From the NCBI GenBank assembly GCA_047718615.1, contig JBDNRM010000001.1, positions 23,093-87,092 of the forward strand: a stretch of DNA of 64,000 nucleotides, read 5' to 3'. Shown here piece after piece: positions 43,201-51,528 of this stretch. Below the pieces are notes generated by a model. That model made no database searches. It was not told where the DNA came from and saw nothing but the letters and a program-made list of their open reading frames with translations. A program made the position numbers and the translations under genes. Each line of letters opens with the position of its first letter. The stretch's first letter is position 1. The stretch comes from Bacillus sp. (in: firmicutes) (GTDB lineage Bacteria; Bacillota; Bacilli; Bacillales; Cytobacillaceae).

Positions 43201-44294
43201 AAGCAGCCTATAGAGCTAGGGACATTATGGACTTTGCAAGAGCAGGAGTTAGTGTAAGGGAAGCTAATAAAGTTGTAGCTTTCTTAAATGCTAATATCCA
43301 AGGTAAAAGTAAACTATGGAGAGCATTTCAGGAGAATCCAAGTAAAGTGATTGGCAAATCGATCGCTTCTGTTACTTTACCCACAATAGCAGCTATAGTT
43401 GCTCAAAATACCATGGCTAATGAAAGGCAAAGAGAAGTTCTAGATGATGCACCACAATATCTAAAAGATACCTTTTATTTAGTTCCAATTCCGGGTACTG
43501 ATCAAATTGCACGGATCCCTAAACCATTTGATTTAGCTTTTGCTTTTTCTAATACGTTTGAACGAGCAATGGATTATGCAATGAAAAATGATAAAGAAGC
43601 ATTTGACGGATTCTTAAAACAAGGCTTTTCTGCAATGTCTGTACCAACTATGCTTACGGGAATAGCGCCGATTGTAGAAGGAATGGCAAACTATTCTTTC
43701 TTCAGACAAGGTCCTATCATCCCGCAACGAGAACAGAATATGGATTATCCTGATCAATATGATATTAACTCATCTGAGACAGCAAAATTTGTTGGCAAAC
43801 AGATAAATAGGCTTACTGGAGGTGATGGTGCATTCAAAAATTTCGGTTCTCCAAGAGTAATTGACAATACAATCCAAGGGTTTACTGGTGGTTTAGGTAC
43901 TTATGCAACAAACGTCGTGGATTTATTACTTGATAGTGCCAATCTTACAGATAATCCCGAACGTCCATCGAAAGGTATTGATCAAAAAGCTGTAACAAAA
44001 GCATTTTTAGTTAATCAGTCGGGTTCAGGTGCTTCCTTAGATAAGCTATATACATTAAGGGAGAAACTTAACAAAGCAAAAGGATCTGCAAAAGAAAATG
44101 ATTCACGCTTTGATGATACGACTAAATTAAAAATGATTAATGATGCAGCAAAGGAAATCAGCGATATTAATAAACAAATACGTTCAATTCAAAATTCTTA
44201 TGATTATACTGCCGATCAAAAGAAGAAAGCGCTGGATGAACTTATTCAGCAACGAAATGAAATTGCCCGTCAAACAGTAAAAAGTATGGAGTGA
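40254..44294 (+). CDS. Large ejection / polyvalent protein with C-terminal LPD38-like domain
   Basis: 1346 aa at the end of the structural module; MDFARAG, RIPKPFD, PIIP...QYD..SSE motifs. Confidence 0.7.
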   Translation: MMAYNFNREKYKKILDNMYGAGSFDSGLSNAREIGRSKAQAEIGQANFNSYLKQKQKDQEENDYDLQREKATDSLVDSDLKKYIKDRLKSGQGYPTEDEINAFRSDKTTKYEHPRDYALNKPTLAEDISMSDLNKEVKKNQAKKQEQKKADTSGLVNFFKKMGKDTDGNGHSQGVDKLMGALEILDRPGDAVRTGIKEKTEGKSFWKGAAAGLTGKKNTSGKELNKSLGFDPDTDNKDKVLSNILGNQLIKKLPLGDIAAPFVSKKAKNKIGKEAAGVGSELALDPLNLIGSGAIGKGAEILGKFGKGVRTAERVAEEARPVEEILDIPSSIKTATNNVADVPKPKALSQYDMDFNNAVDEQYQYLKNSMGKGVQPGGLVRDQEGYVTGAFGRVSNNPKWYQDFYKVNNRKPNNTELRELAEQHVRDGFSDEVGDVPAWKPKQIQEIDDQIDELNKLLIESPDQEPAIRPILEALKEDKDGIFQQLKTPIKQGGSKDFEAISPSERDGGSLIRINESNIDHSLGDASTFSAKVNRTKQKNNKGLLSDLRTQFIDDLAPLEKLEKKITGKLPSAENSLYKQARLFKGSPEKAHQIVKDQLNPIINNIKSKGINPKDLGDYALAVHAKDVNAKGINSGFTNAEIDDVINRLGSNDMEAARNELLKVNNNTLDTLSKGDNPVISKESVQAMNEKWPNYMSLFRAFDDDKIEFSNGLSKALTNGSSPIKKLEGSSREVIDPLESMIKNIFKATNVADKNNVVSKLGVLAKQDTEGNFIRQIPDNEDTGRLNVISAMDNGKKVKYEVPPDVYRAMMNLDKESTNTLIKILQKPASTLRAGATLTPEFSLRNPLRDVPQAFIVSKSGFNPIVDFPVGLWQSIWKGRTIKIGNKEFKTAGDLYKQFIKENGGYGNIVSMDRKLHQETLKKALSESNTHYVDVLNPNTFKSLLKSLSNPLNTLRNVADISESATKVGEFRAALRSGASPQEAAYRARDIMDFARAGVSVREANKVVAFLNANIQGKSKLWRAFQENPSKVIGKSIASVTLPTIAAIVAQNTMANERQREVLDDAPQYLKDTFYLVPIPGTDQIARIPKPFDLAFAFSNTFERAMDYAMKNDKEAFDGFLKQGFSAMSVPTMLTGIAPIVEGMANYSFFRQGPIIPQREQNMDYPDQYDINSSETAKFVGKQINRLTGGDGAFKNFGSPRVIDNTIQGFTGGLGTYATNVVDLLLDSANLTDNPERPSKGIDQKAVTKAFLVNQSGSGASLDKLYTLREKLNKAKGSAKENDSRFDDTTKLKMINDAAKEISDINKQIRSIQNSYDYTADQKKKALDELIQQRNEIARQTVKSME

Positions 44295-44298
44295 TGTC

Positions 44299-44481
44299 AT
44301 GGCTTGGTATCATTGGATTGCAGTTTATGCTATAATAATAGCAGGGATATTATTTACAATAATTCCTGATAAATCCATTTGGATATGGTTGGTTATTATT
44401 ATACTAGGCATAAGTGGCGCCTTATTAGGATTGCTGCTTCCACATAAAGAAGATAAATATGCGATGAAGAAAGAGGACTAA
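44299..44481 (+). CDS. Small two-TM membrane protein
   Basis: Two hydrophobic helices and a basic tail; followed by a terminator. Confidence 0.6.
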   Translation: MAWYHWIAVYAIIIAGILFTIIPDKSIWIWLVIIILGISGALLGLLLPHKEDKYAMKKED

Positions 44482-44499
44482 TTTTAGTCTTCTTTTTTT
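44471..44499 (+). terminator. Intrinsic terminator
   Basis: AAGAGGACTA / TAGTCTTCTT plus Ts. Confidence 0.7.
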
Positions 44500-44525
44500 A
44501 TTGACAAAATTAGGAGGTAATTAAT

Positions 44526-44954
44526 TTGAAACACAACACAGATACATTATGGGTAGTTATGACAGGCGGCACTATATCTAGTGCGGCTTATTTGTTTGGG
44601 GGGATAGATAAGTTGTTAATTGCATTTGTCATTTTAATGTCGTTGGATTACATCACTGGAATTATGGCTGCTTTTTATGACAAGAAAGTTTCGTCTAAAA
44701 CAGCTTTTAAGGGGTTGATGAAAAAAGGAGCTATGTTTTCACTCATCATTGTAGCAACTCAGTTAGACATCATTTTAGGTAACCAAGGGTTGTTTATCAG
44801 ATATGCAATTCTGATGTTTTTAATCGGTACTGAGGGAATAAGCTTAGTTGAAAATCTCGGCCGTCTTGATGTTAAGGTTCCAAAAGTTTTATCCAATGCG
44901 TTTATCCAATTAAAAGATAAAAATAACGAGAATGAAAAAGGAGAGGATCAATGA
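44526..44954 (+). CDS. Holin (phage holin family 4-like)
   Basis: LDYITG..AA......SS....KGL.KK...E..S..EN.GRL...VP. Confidence 0.9.
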   Translation: MKHNTDTLWVVMTGGTISSAAYLFGGIDKLLIAFVILMSLDYITGIMAAFYDKKVSSKTAFKGLMKKGAMFSLIIVATQLDIILGNQGLFIRYAILMFLIGTEGISLVENLGRLDVKVPKVLSNAFIQLKDKNNENEKGEDQ

Positions 44955-45670
44955 TGAAAATTATGTTAGATGCAGGACATGGAAAAAACACGCCAGGTAA
45001 ACGTACGCCGGATGGAATGCGCGAGTGGGAATTTAATGCTAAGACGGCTCAATATGTAAAAGATTATCTTGGAGATTATCAAGGAATTGAAACAAAATTT
45101 GCTCATGATACTACTGGTAAAGTCGATATACCTTTAACATCTCGTACAAATGCAGCTAACGCTTGGAAAGCAGATGTCTACGTATCGATCCATGCTAATG
45201 CTGCAGGAAGCGGATGGAGTTCGGCGCATGGGATTGAAACATTTACGTATACAACTAAACCTAAAGAAGCTGTTGCGCTTGCAAAAAAAGTGCAAAATGC
45301 GATTGTAAAAGCTACAGGCCTTACTAATCGTGGTGTAAAAGCAGCAGACCTACATGTTGTTAGGGAAACACACATGACAGCCATACTTATCGAATGCGGT
45401 TTTATGACAAATAAGGCAGAAGCAGCATTATTAAAATCAGATGCATATCGTAAAAAAGTTGCTCGTGCTGTTGTGGATGGTTTAGCAGATCAGTACAACT
45501 TAAAGAAAAAAAATAAACCAAAACCAGCACCAAAAAAAGACGAGCCTAAAAAAGATTCTAAGAGCATTCATAAAGTACAAGTTGGTGCTTTTGCAGATGA
45601 ACAAAACGCAGAGAAATTAGCTGCAGAACTAAAGAAAAAAGGATATCCAGTGCATATTGTAGAAGAATAA
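44951..45670 (+). CDS. Endolysin: Amidase_3 plus SPOR domain
   Basis: LDAGHG, E.EFN, VSIHANA, LIECGFMTN; VQVGAF..E.NAE.L. Confidence 0.95.
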   Translation: MMKIMLDAGHGKNTPGKRTPDGMREWEFNAKTAQYVKDYLGDYQGIETKFAHDTTGKVDIPLTSRTNAANAWKADVYVSIHANAAGSGWSSAHGIETFTYTTKPKEAVALAKKVQNAIVKATGLTNRGVKAADLHVVRETHMTAILIECGFMTNKAEAALLKSDAYRKKVARAVVDGLADQYNLKKKNKPKPAPKKDEPKKDSKSIHKVQVGAFADEQNAEKLAAELKKKGYPVHIVEE

Positions 45671-45706
45671 GCAAATACTATTCTTACAGCATGATACCTT
45701 CGCAAA

Positions 45707-45737
45707 GACCCTTCTCATAAAGAGAGGGGTTATTTTT
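45707..45737. terminator. Terminator between convergent endolysin and HTH genes
   Basis: GACCCTTCTC / GAGAGGGGTT stem. Confidence 0.7.
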
Positions 45738-45748
45738 GTTTAACTGCA

Positions 45749-45952
45749 TTATTCATCTATCACCTCATACAAATCATCTACTCTACAATTGAATAATTTG
45801 GCTAGAATATAGGCTTTATCTATAGGGATGTAACTATGCCCAGTTTCGTAATTTCGATATTGTTTGACGCTAACACTTACTTGTTCAGCTAAAAAAGCTT
45901 TTTTATAACCACTCTTTTCACCAAGAATCTTGATGTTACTTTTTATTTTCAT
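45749..45952 (-). CDS. XRE HTH regulator divergent from the FtsK operon
   Basis: FLAEQVSVSVKQYRNYETG.S.IP...AY.LAKLFNCRVDDLY. Confidence 0.85.
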   Translation of the reverse strand: MKIKSNIKILGEKSGYKKAFLAEQVSVSVKQYRNYETGHSYIPIDKAYILAKLFNCRVDDLYEVIDE

Positions 45953-46037
45953 TCTTAATCACCTGTTTTATGTATTCCACTCTTTTGGCATATTTCCTTT
46001 TGGAAATTTAATTAGCTTATTCGTGTAAATTTAATTA

Positions 46038-46067
46038 GCATAATAGACATGCTAACCTTCATACCAT
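46038..46067 (+). promoter_or_regulatory. SigmaE-like (mother-cell sporulation) promoter for the FtsK operon
   Basis: GCATAAT-N15-CATACCAT against the B. subtilis sigmaE consensus (about tCATAtt-N15-CATAcanT); overlapped by repeats. Confidence 0.55.
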
Positions 46068-46225
46068 TTACTATACCAAATTTATTACCACCCTAGTAGC
46101 TTGATCGAGCATATGCCAGATCTCTTTATATCAGTATCTAAAGCTATCATTTTTCCATGCTAGATGAGTGGGATAGATTATAAATAATCTATAAAGAGGT
46201 GGCGTAGGAAAGGAGGAAAAACGGG

Positions 46226-47521
46226 TTGATCTTTGAAGCAGTCACAACAGCACTCATGGGAGGGCTTGCTCTACAAGCTCACCTGTCCAAAAGTGGAATG
46301 GGTAATGACTCTAAAAAATTAAACAAAATATTTGCTCTCACAGGATTAAATGTAAAAGACGGCAAACAAACATTGACCACTCAACTTGTAAAGAAAAGAA
46401 ATTATGAATGGGGGACAGAATATCGCTATCGAATACCTTTAGGAAGGAGTTTCGAGGATTATGTATCTAAACAAAAATCAATTGAAGCTGGGATAAATTC
46501 ACGTACAGTAAAGATACTGATAGGAGATCTAAAACAGCTAAAATTAGACTCTAAAATCATTTCGAATATAAGAAGTCTATATAAGAAGAAACTAACGGAG
46601 AGGAAGGAAATAGAACTATCATACGACGGAATGTTAGTTATACGAGTTTACAATGAACCGATGCCAACGCTGGTAGAAATGTTTGAAGGGAAAGAGTGGT
46701 CAGTGCCGATTGGAATTATGAGAGAAAAGAATAAATCCATACTGCATGACTTTGAAAGAATCCCACATTTTGCACTAGGAGGAGCAACAAGATATGGTAA
46801 ATCTAACTTAATAAATGGAATCATCATTTCCCTTATCATACAGCAGCCAAACAATGTTAAATTGCATCTCATTGACTTAAAAGGTGGAGTGGAGTTATGC
46901 GACTATGAAAACATCAAGCAGACAGTATCAATTGCATATGAGCCTGATCAAGCAAAAGAAGTGCTTGAAAATGCTTATAACAAAATGAGGGAGATGCAGC
47001 AGAGAGTAAGAAAATTAGGGAAGAAGAATGTCCAGGAAGCGGGAATAAAAGAAAGGCATTTTATTTTTATCGATGAGGTAGGCGAATTAAATCCTGACGA
47101 AGCGGTAGATCGTGATGAAAGGGACCTGAAAAAAGATTGTCAGAGATATATGAGTCAAATATCAAGACTAGGAGCGGGGTTAGGATTCCGATTGATTCTT
47201 GCTACACAATATCCGACTGGTGATGTTATACCTCGCCAATGTAAACAAAATAGCGATGCAAAGCTGTGCTTTCGAGTCCAGTCTTCCACAGCATCAAGAG
47301 TGGTATTAGATGGAGAGGGAGCAGAAAAACTTCCAGAAATAAAAGGTCGTGCCATTTACCAAACAGCTGATAAAAAAGTCATTGTTCAAACCCCACTAAT
47401 CACTTCTGAAATTATTCATTCCATTATTGATACCCATGTAAGAGAGGTGAATCCAGTTGAAGCAGCTAAGCAAGCGCCAAGAAGCAATCCTATTGTCATT
47501 GAAAAAACTGGACTTTCTTAA
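46226..47521 (+). CDS. FtsK/SpoIIIE-family ATPase (coupling-protein-like)
   Basis: Walker A GATRYGKS, IDLKGG, Walker B FIFIDE, LILATQ.P, A.RV.LD..GAE.L...GRAI. Confidence 0.9.
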   Translation: MIFEAVTTALMGGLALQAHLSKSGMGNDSKKLNKIFALTGLNVKDGKQTLTTQLVKKRNYEWGTEYRYRIPLGRSFEDYVSKQKSIEAGINSRTVKILIGDLKQLKLDSKIISNIRSLYKKKLTERKEIELSYDGMLVIRVYNEPMPTLVEMFEGKEWSVPIGIMREKNKSILHDFERIPHFALGGATRYGKSNLINGIIISLIIQQPNNVKLHLIDLKGGVELCDYENIKQTVSIAYEPDQAKEVLENAYNKMREMQQRVRKLGKKNVQEAGIKERHFIFIDEVGELNPDEAVDRDERDLKKDCQRYMSQISRLGAGLGFRLILATQYPTGDVIPRQCKQNSDAKLCFRVQSSTASRVVLDGEGAEKLPEIKGRAIYQTADKKVIVQTPLITSEIIHSIIDTHVREVNPVEAAKQAPRSNPIVIEKTGLS

Positions 47522-48050
47522 TAGGAATCAGTTGCAAACCATCCACAAACTGGGAAAAGTTCGTAATGCAAATAGAATCCTAAAAGAACTGTCTCCATAC
47601 TTAGAAAGTTATAGGGAAGAGTATTCATCTATTTACTACTTAAATGCCGAGGGAAGGGCATATGTGAACTCTAATAAGGTGAGAAGAAAGAATCCATTTG
47701 TTAATCACACAATTTTGAGAAATAACTTCTATATTTTCGCGAAATATCCAACAGAATGGACAAATGAAGTCAAAATAAGCGATGGAATTACAAATTTAGT
47801 GACAGATACCTGGTTTAAAGTGAGCGGTAAATATCATTTTTTAGAAGTGGACTCATTACAAAAGATGAAAGAAAATCGTGCCAAAGTGAATAATTATGTC
47901 GCCTTATTTAAAGCAGGACATTTAGCAAAACATTTTGGATATTTTCCACCATTGATATGGATCACAACTACTGATTTGAGAAAAAAACAGCTTAAAGAAC
48001 TGTGTAAGGAAATACCTTGTGCTGTATATACAAATGATGAAATTAAATAG
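47457..48050 (+). CDS. Replication-relaxation (MOBC-like) nuclease/relaxase
   Basis: N-terminal wHTH (L.R.QLQ.IH), NH.ILRN, D-x12-E-V-D...K...Y motif. Confidence 0.8.
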   Translation: MKQLSKRQEAILLSLKKLDFLNRNQLQTIHKLGKVRNANRILKELSPYLESYREEYSSIYYLNAEGRAYVNSNKVRRKNPFVNHTILRNNFYIFAKYPTEWTNEVKISDGITNLVTDTWFKVSGKYHFLEVDSLQKMKENRAKVNNYVALFKAGHLAKHFGYFPPLIWITTTDLRKKQLKELCKEIPCAVYTNDEIK

Positions 48051-48063
48051 GAGGATGGTTCAT

Positions 48064-48486
48064 ATGCAAACAATAGCATTTAATCAATTTATGGATAGCA
48101 GTTATAAGATGAAAGAAAAGAAGAAATCAAATGTAGGTAAGATAGCTAGAAGGGTCGGAACTACTATAGCAGTACCTTTATTTTTAGCGAAACCTGTGTT
48201 TGCTGCATCAACTACAAACGACGTTGTGCCAGTAGGCGCAAAAGAATGGATGGGAGAACAAACCTTATCTATGTTGGCGCATGCTTTGGATCCATTGGTG
48301 GACGTGTTAGTCGCTTTATCTTTCCCGATAGCTTCAGTAATTATTGTTGGCGGCTGTTTCTTTTTTATGCTAGGCAATTCAGAAAAAGCATGGTCCACAA
48401 TTCAAAATGCAGGATTAGGATATGTATTGATACAAATTTCCCCATTAATATTAAGTGTGTTGAAACAGATTGGAAATGCAGTATAA
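48064..48486 (+). CDS. TrbC/VirB2 pilin-like membrane protein
   Basis: AGGAGG RBS; basic N-region, PVFA-A signal-peptidase-like site, then two hydrophobic helices. Confidence 0.55.
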   Translation: MQTIAFNQFMDSSYKMKEKKKSNVGKIARRVGTTIAVPLFLAKPVFAASTTNDVVPVGAKEWMGEQTLSMLAHALDPLVDVLVALSFPIASVIIVGGCFFFMLGNSEKAWSTIQNAGLGYVLIQISPLILSVLKQIGNAV

Positions 48487-48504
48487 AAAATAAAGGTCAA
48501 TCGG

Positions 48505-48532
48505 TGACCACATGACCACACGATTGACCACA
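48505..48532 (+). promoter_or_regulatory. Putative integrase arm-type sites (right arm)
   Basis: TGACCACA at 48505, 48513 and 48525. Confidence 0.65.
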
Positions 48533-48660
48533 CACTAATATGAATTAGCGTTAATTACTATAAGTTAATTAGGAAGGGGGCAATAGATTTTACTGTTGAT
48601 ATTACTGTATTTTGAGTTATTTTGTTCATTGGGGTGAACTATCGTGAATTATTGATATAG

Positions 48661-48679
48661 TCCTGATATGATTATGGTC
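48661..48679 (+). other. attP-like junction core between the tandem copies
   Basis: Phage right end + TCCTGATATGATTATGGTC + phage left end; no comGA sequence on either side. Confidence 0.9.
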
Positions 48680-48751
48680 AAAGCTTAGTAATCCCTATAA
48701 AACTAGCATTCTGGGGGATTAATCATTAGGCTCGACCACATTTTGACCACG

Positions 48752-49873
48752 TTACTTTTCATTTACCTTTTTAGAGAACACATTTGCAACATCTGACTGC
48801 AATCCTATAGAAGCATGACTATAAGTATCCAACGTTATTTTTACAGAAGAATGACCTAAACGGTCAGCCACTATTTTAGGATTTGTGTTAAGTTCCAAAA
48901 GCAAAGTAGCATGAGTGTGTCTCATATCATGAAATCTAATTTTAGGAACGCCAGCAATATTTATATATTTTCTAAATGGTCTATTTAAACTGGTTGGTCT
49001 AAATGGTTTTCCATCCGGATGACAGAAAATCAATCCGTTGTCCTGATATTCTGGACCGAACTTCAACCTGTAGGCATTGTTTTTGTTAATCCGTTCCTTT
49101 AAAATAGAGGAGACAAAAGAATCTATGGCAACTTTCCTATATGAAGAAGGTGTTTTCAGTAATCCAATCTGAACACCTTTTTTTGTTTCTGTAATACTCT
49201 GACGTATATTGATAATATTCTTGGAGAAGTCTGGGTCTATTCGTCTTAACCCCATAACTTCTCCTTTTCTTAATCCAGTAAAGGCAGCAACTGTGAAAAC
49301 ATCATAATAAAATTCATCGTATTTTTTTGTAATGTTTAAAAAATGATTTAACTCTTCGAAGGACCAGGTATTTTTTTTCTTATTCTTAGGGTTGCTAATC
49401 GTAATGTTTTCTAAAGGACTTTTAGAAATTATTTCTAAATGTACAGCATGTTTAAAAATCATTTTAGCAACGGATAATACCTTATGGGCTGTATCTGGTT
49501 GTAAACTATCTAACAATTTACTAACAAAAGCTTGTCCATGAACAGGTTTGATTTCCTGGATTTTATTGTTCCCAAAAAAAGGATTGATCCACTTATTAAT
49601 CTTGATTGAATATTGTTCTGATGTTGTTTCTTTCAATTTATATTTGTAGCTTTCATACCAATCAAGAGAAAACTCTTTGAATGTTAATTCTTTTGGTGCA
49701 ATCCAAGAACCATTATTCACTTCATAGACAAGTTCGTTCAATGCAGTTTCAGCTTCTTTTTTCGTCTTGAAACCACTCTTTGTTTTTTGCTTCCGTTTCC
49801 CCGTAATCGGATCTTTTCCTATATCAACAGTATAACTCCATTTATCGCCCCTTTTGCGAACATAACCTTTCAT
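48752..49873 (-). CDS. int: Tyrosine integrase (copy 2)
   Basis: Identical to 5495..6616. Confidence 0.95.
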   Translation of the reverse strand: MKGYVRKRGDKWSYTVDIGKDPITGKRKQKTKSGFKTKKEAETALNELVYEVNNGSWIAPKELTFKEFSLDWYESYKYKLKETTSEQYSIKINKWINPFFGNNKIQEIKPVHGQAFVSKLLDSLQPDTAHKVLSVAKMIFKHAVHLEIISKSPLENITISNPKNKKKNTWSFEELNHFLNITKKYDEFYYDVFTVAAFTGLRKGEVMGLRRIDPDFSKNIINIRQSITETKKGVQIGLLKTPSSYRKVAIDSFVSSILKERINKNNAYRLKFGPEYQDNGLIFCHPDGKPFRPTSLNRPFRKYINIAGVPKIRFHDMRHTHATLLLELNTNPKIVADRLGHSSVKITLDTYSHASIGLQSDVANVFSKKVNEK

Positions 49874-50148
49874 TGAGAAATCTCTCCCTTTTTTCGGCTT
49901 GTCCCTACAAGAAGGCAATCTTTCACTTTGATAATAACGTCAGCTGGCAACTCTTCAACATAGATGATCTTCACAATAATCTACTCCTCACCCCAATATC
50001 AGAACAAAACAGAACGTACGTTTCTATTTTTGTTAATTCTAATATATCATGGTTCATGGTAGTGAAGGTGATTATTTTGTCGAAAAAAAATAGGTATATG
50101 ATGACATATTTCGACAATTCAATATGAACGCTTATATATCAAGGGATT

Positions 50149-50487
50149 TTACTCACTAATTTTTGTCATATTTTTGACTATTTCAGCCCATTGCTTGACT
50201 TGTTCTGGAGTAATCCCTTCTTTTTCTAATTGTTCACCTAAAACCATCCATTCGCCGCCAGCATCTTTTATTTCTTGAGGTACATCTTTTTTGTTATCGA
50301 TTAAATCACCAATATCTACTTCTAAAACGTTTGCAATCTTAACCAACATTTCAAGACTTGGTTTTGCTGCTTCATTTTCGAGTTTAGATATAAACGACTT
50401 GGTGACATCTACTTTTTCACCTAGTTGTTCTTGGTTTAATTTCATTAATTTTCTATATTTTTTAATATTTTCTCCATAACCCTTCAC
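50149..50487 (-). CDS. SinR-like prophage repressor (copy 2)
   Basis: Identical to 6892..7230. Confidence 0.85.
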   Translation of the reverse strand: MKGYGENIKKYRKLMKLNQEQLGEKVDVTKSFISKLENEAAKPSLEMLVKIANVLEVDIGDLIDNKKDVPQEIKDAGGEWMVLGEQLEKEGITPEQVKQWAEIVKNMTKISE

Positions 50488-50685
50488 AATAACACCACCT
50501 TGAATACAAAATAACTCATTTATATTATGCCTTAAAACTTATGTAAATTGAATGGTTTATCAACATTTTATAAACCGCACTCAAATTAATTCGAATTATT
50601 TTCTATAAACTTGTTGACTAATAATTCAACTTAAATGTATAATGAAATAGAAGTTGAGTGATAATGAAACTAAACAGAAAGTGAG

Positions 50686-50886
50686 GTGGAATTATTGGTC
50701 AACAACATTAGAGATATCAGAATAAAAAGAGGATTAACTCAAAAGGAATTTGCTTCCATGTTAAATATTTCCTACGATTATTTGAATAAACTTGAAAGGG
50801 GGAAAAAAACTCCAAGTCTAACTTTAGCTGTAAGAATGGCTAGATCATTGGATTGTAAACTAGATGATATTTTTTTTATCGATTAA
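50686..50886 (+). CDS. Cro-like regulator (copy 2)
   Basis: Identical to 7429..7629. Confidence 0.85.
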   Translation: MELLVNNIRDIRIKRGLTQKEFASMLNISYDYLNKLERGKKTPSLTLAVRMARSLDCKLDDIFFID

Positions 50887-50921
50887 GTTGAATTATAAGT
50901 AAACTTTGAGGGGGTAGTTGA

Positions 50922-51107
50922 ATGGAAAAAAAAGATTTTCCGTTAATGATGACAGCTAATGAAATTTCGCAAATTTTAGGTGTTAGCAAACGAGTAGCAT
51001 ATGAAATCATGGATGAGAAAGATTTTCCGTTAATTCGTGTAAGAAGAACTAAACGTGTTAACCGTGATGATTTCTTTAAATGGTTAGATAAAAAGAAGGT
51101 GTCCTAA
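50922..51107 (+). CDS. Excisionase-like protein (copy 2)
   Basis: Identical to 7665..7850. Confidence 0.75.
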   Translation: MEKKDFPLMMTANEISQILGVSKRVAYEIMDEKDFPLIRVRRTKRVNRDDFFKWLDKKKVS

Positions 51108-51108
51108 A

Positions 51109-51528
51109 TTGCCAGTTTCTCACATGCATTTATTTGAAAGAGTAAAAGGAAATAAAATCAGATATGAGATTTTGGAAAGAGATAATTACCAATGTGTATT
51201 ATGTGGCAGCACTGAAGAATTAGAAGTTCATCATATGTTAGCACTTTACTTAGGAGGGAAATCAGTCACAGATAATTTAATAACTTTATGTTCATTCTGT
51301 CATCTATATGCACCAGAGACAGGAACAGAAGCAAATAAAAGGTATCTAAAGCAAAGAAATAAAGTTGCTTATGAACAATTAATGCAAATTCCTGATTTAA
51401 ACGCAATGGTTGTTGTTGCTTGTGTTGAATTCATCAAATCAAGGTTCAATGAATATATCGAGAAAGGATTCATAAACAAGGAGCAAGCAGAAGAAATACT
51501 TTTTTATGAATCAGAAAAATTATTTTGA
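51109..51528 (+). CDS. HNH endonuclease (copy 2)
   Basis: Identical to 7852..8271. Confidence 0.85.
   Translation: MPVSHMHLFERVKGNKIRYEILERDNYQCVLCGSTEELEVHHMLALYLGGKSVTDNLITLCSFCHLYAPETGTEANKRYLKQRNKVAYEQLMQIPDLNAMVVVACVEFIKSRFNEYIEKGFINKEQAEEILFYESEKLF

Larger units (their letters stand above)
5404..48660. mobile_element. Complete temperate prophage unit, 43,257 bp, podovirus-type morphogenesis
   Basis: Integrase to lysis modules between two copies of the att core; all repeated ORFs are offset by 43,257. Confidence 0.95.

Noticed and set aside
40254-44294. Tape measure protein or virion RNA polymerase
   Set aside because: No tail chaperone or major tail genes nearby and no polymerase catalytic motifs recognised; the C-terminus fits LPD38.
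5404-48660. CRISPR array, diversity-generating retroelement, arbitrium (AimR/AimP) or Rap-Phr system, phage sigma factor
   Set aside because: No spaced repeat array, reverse transcriptase, TR/VR pair, TPR receptor-peptide pair or full sigma factor was seen.
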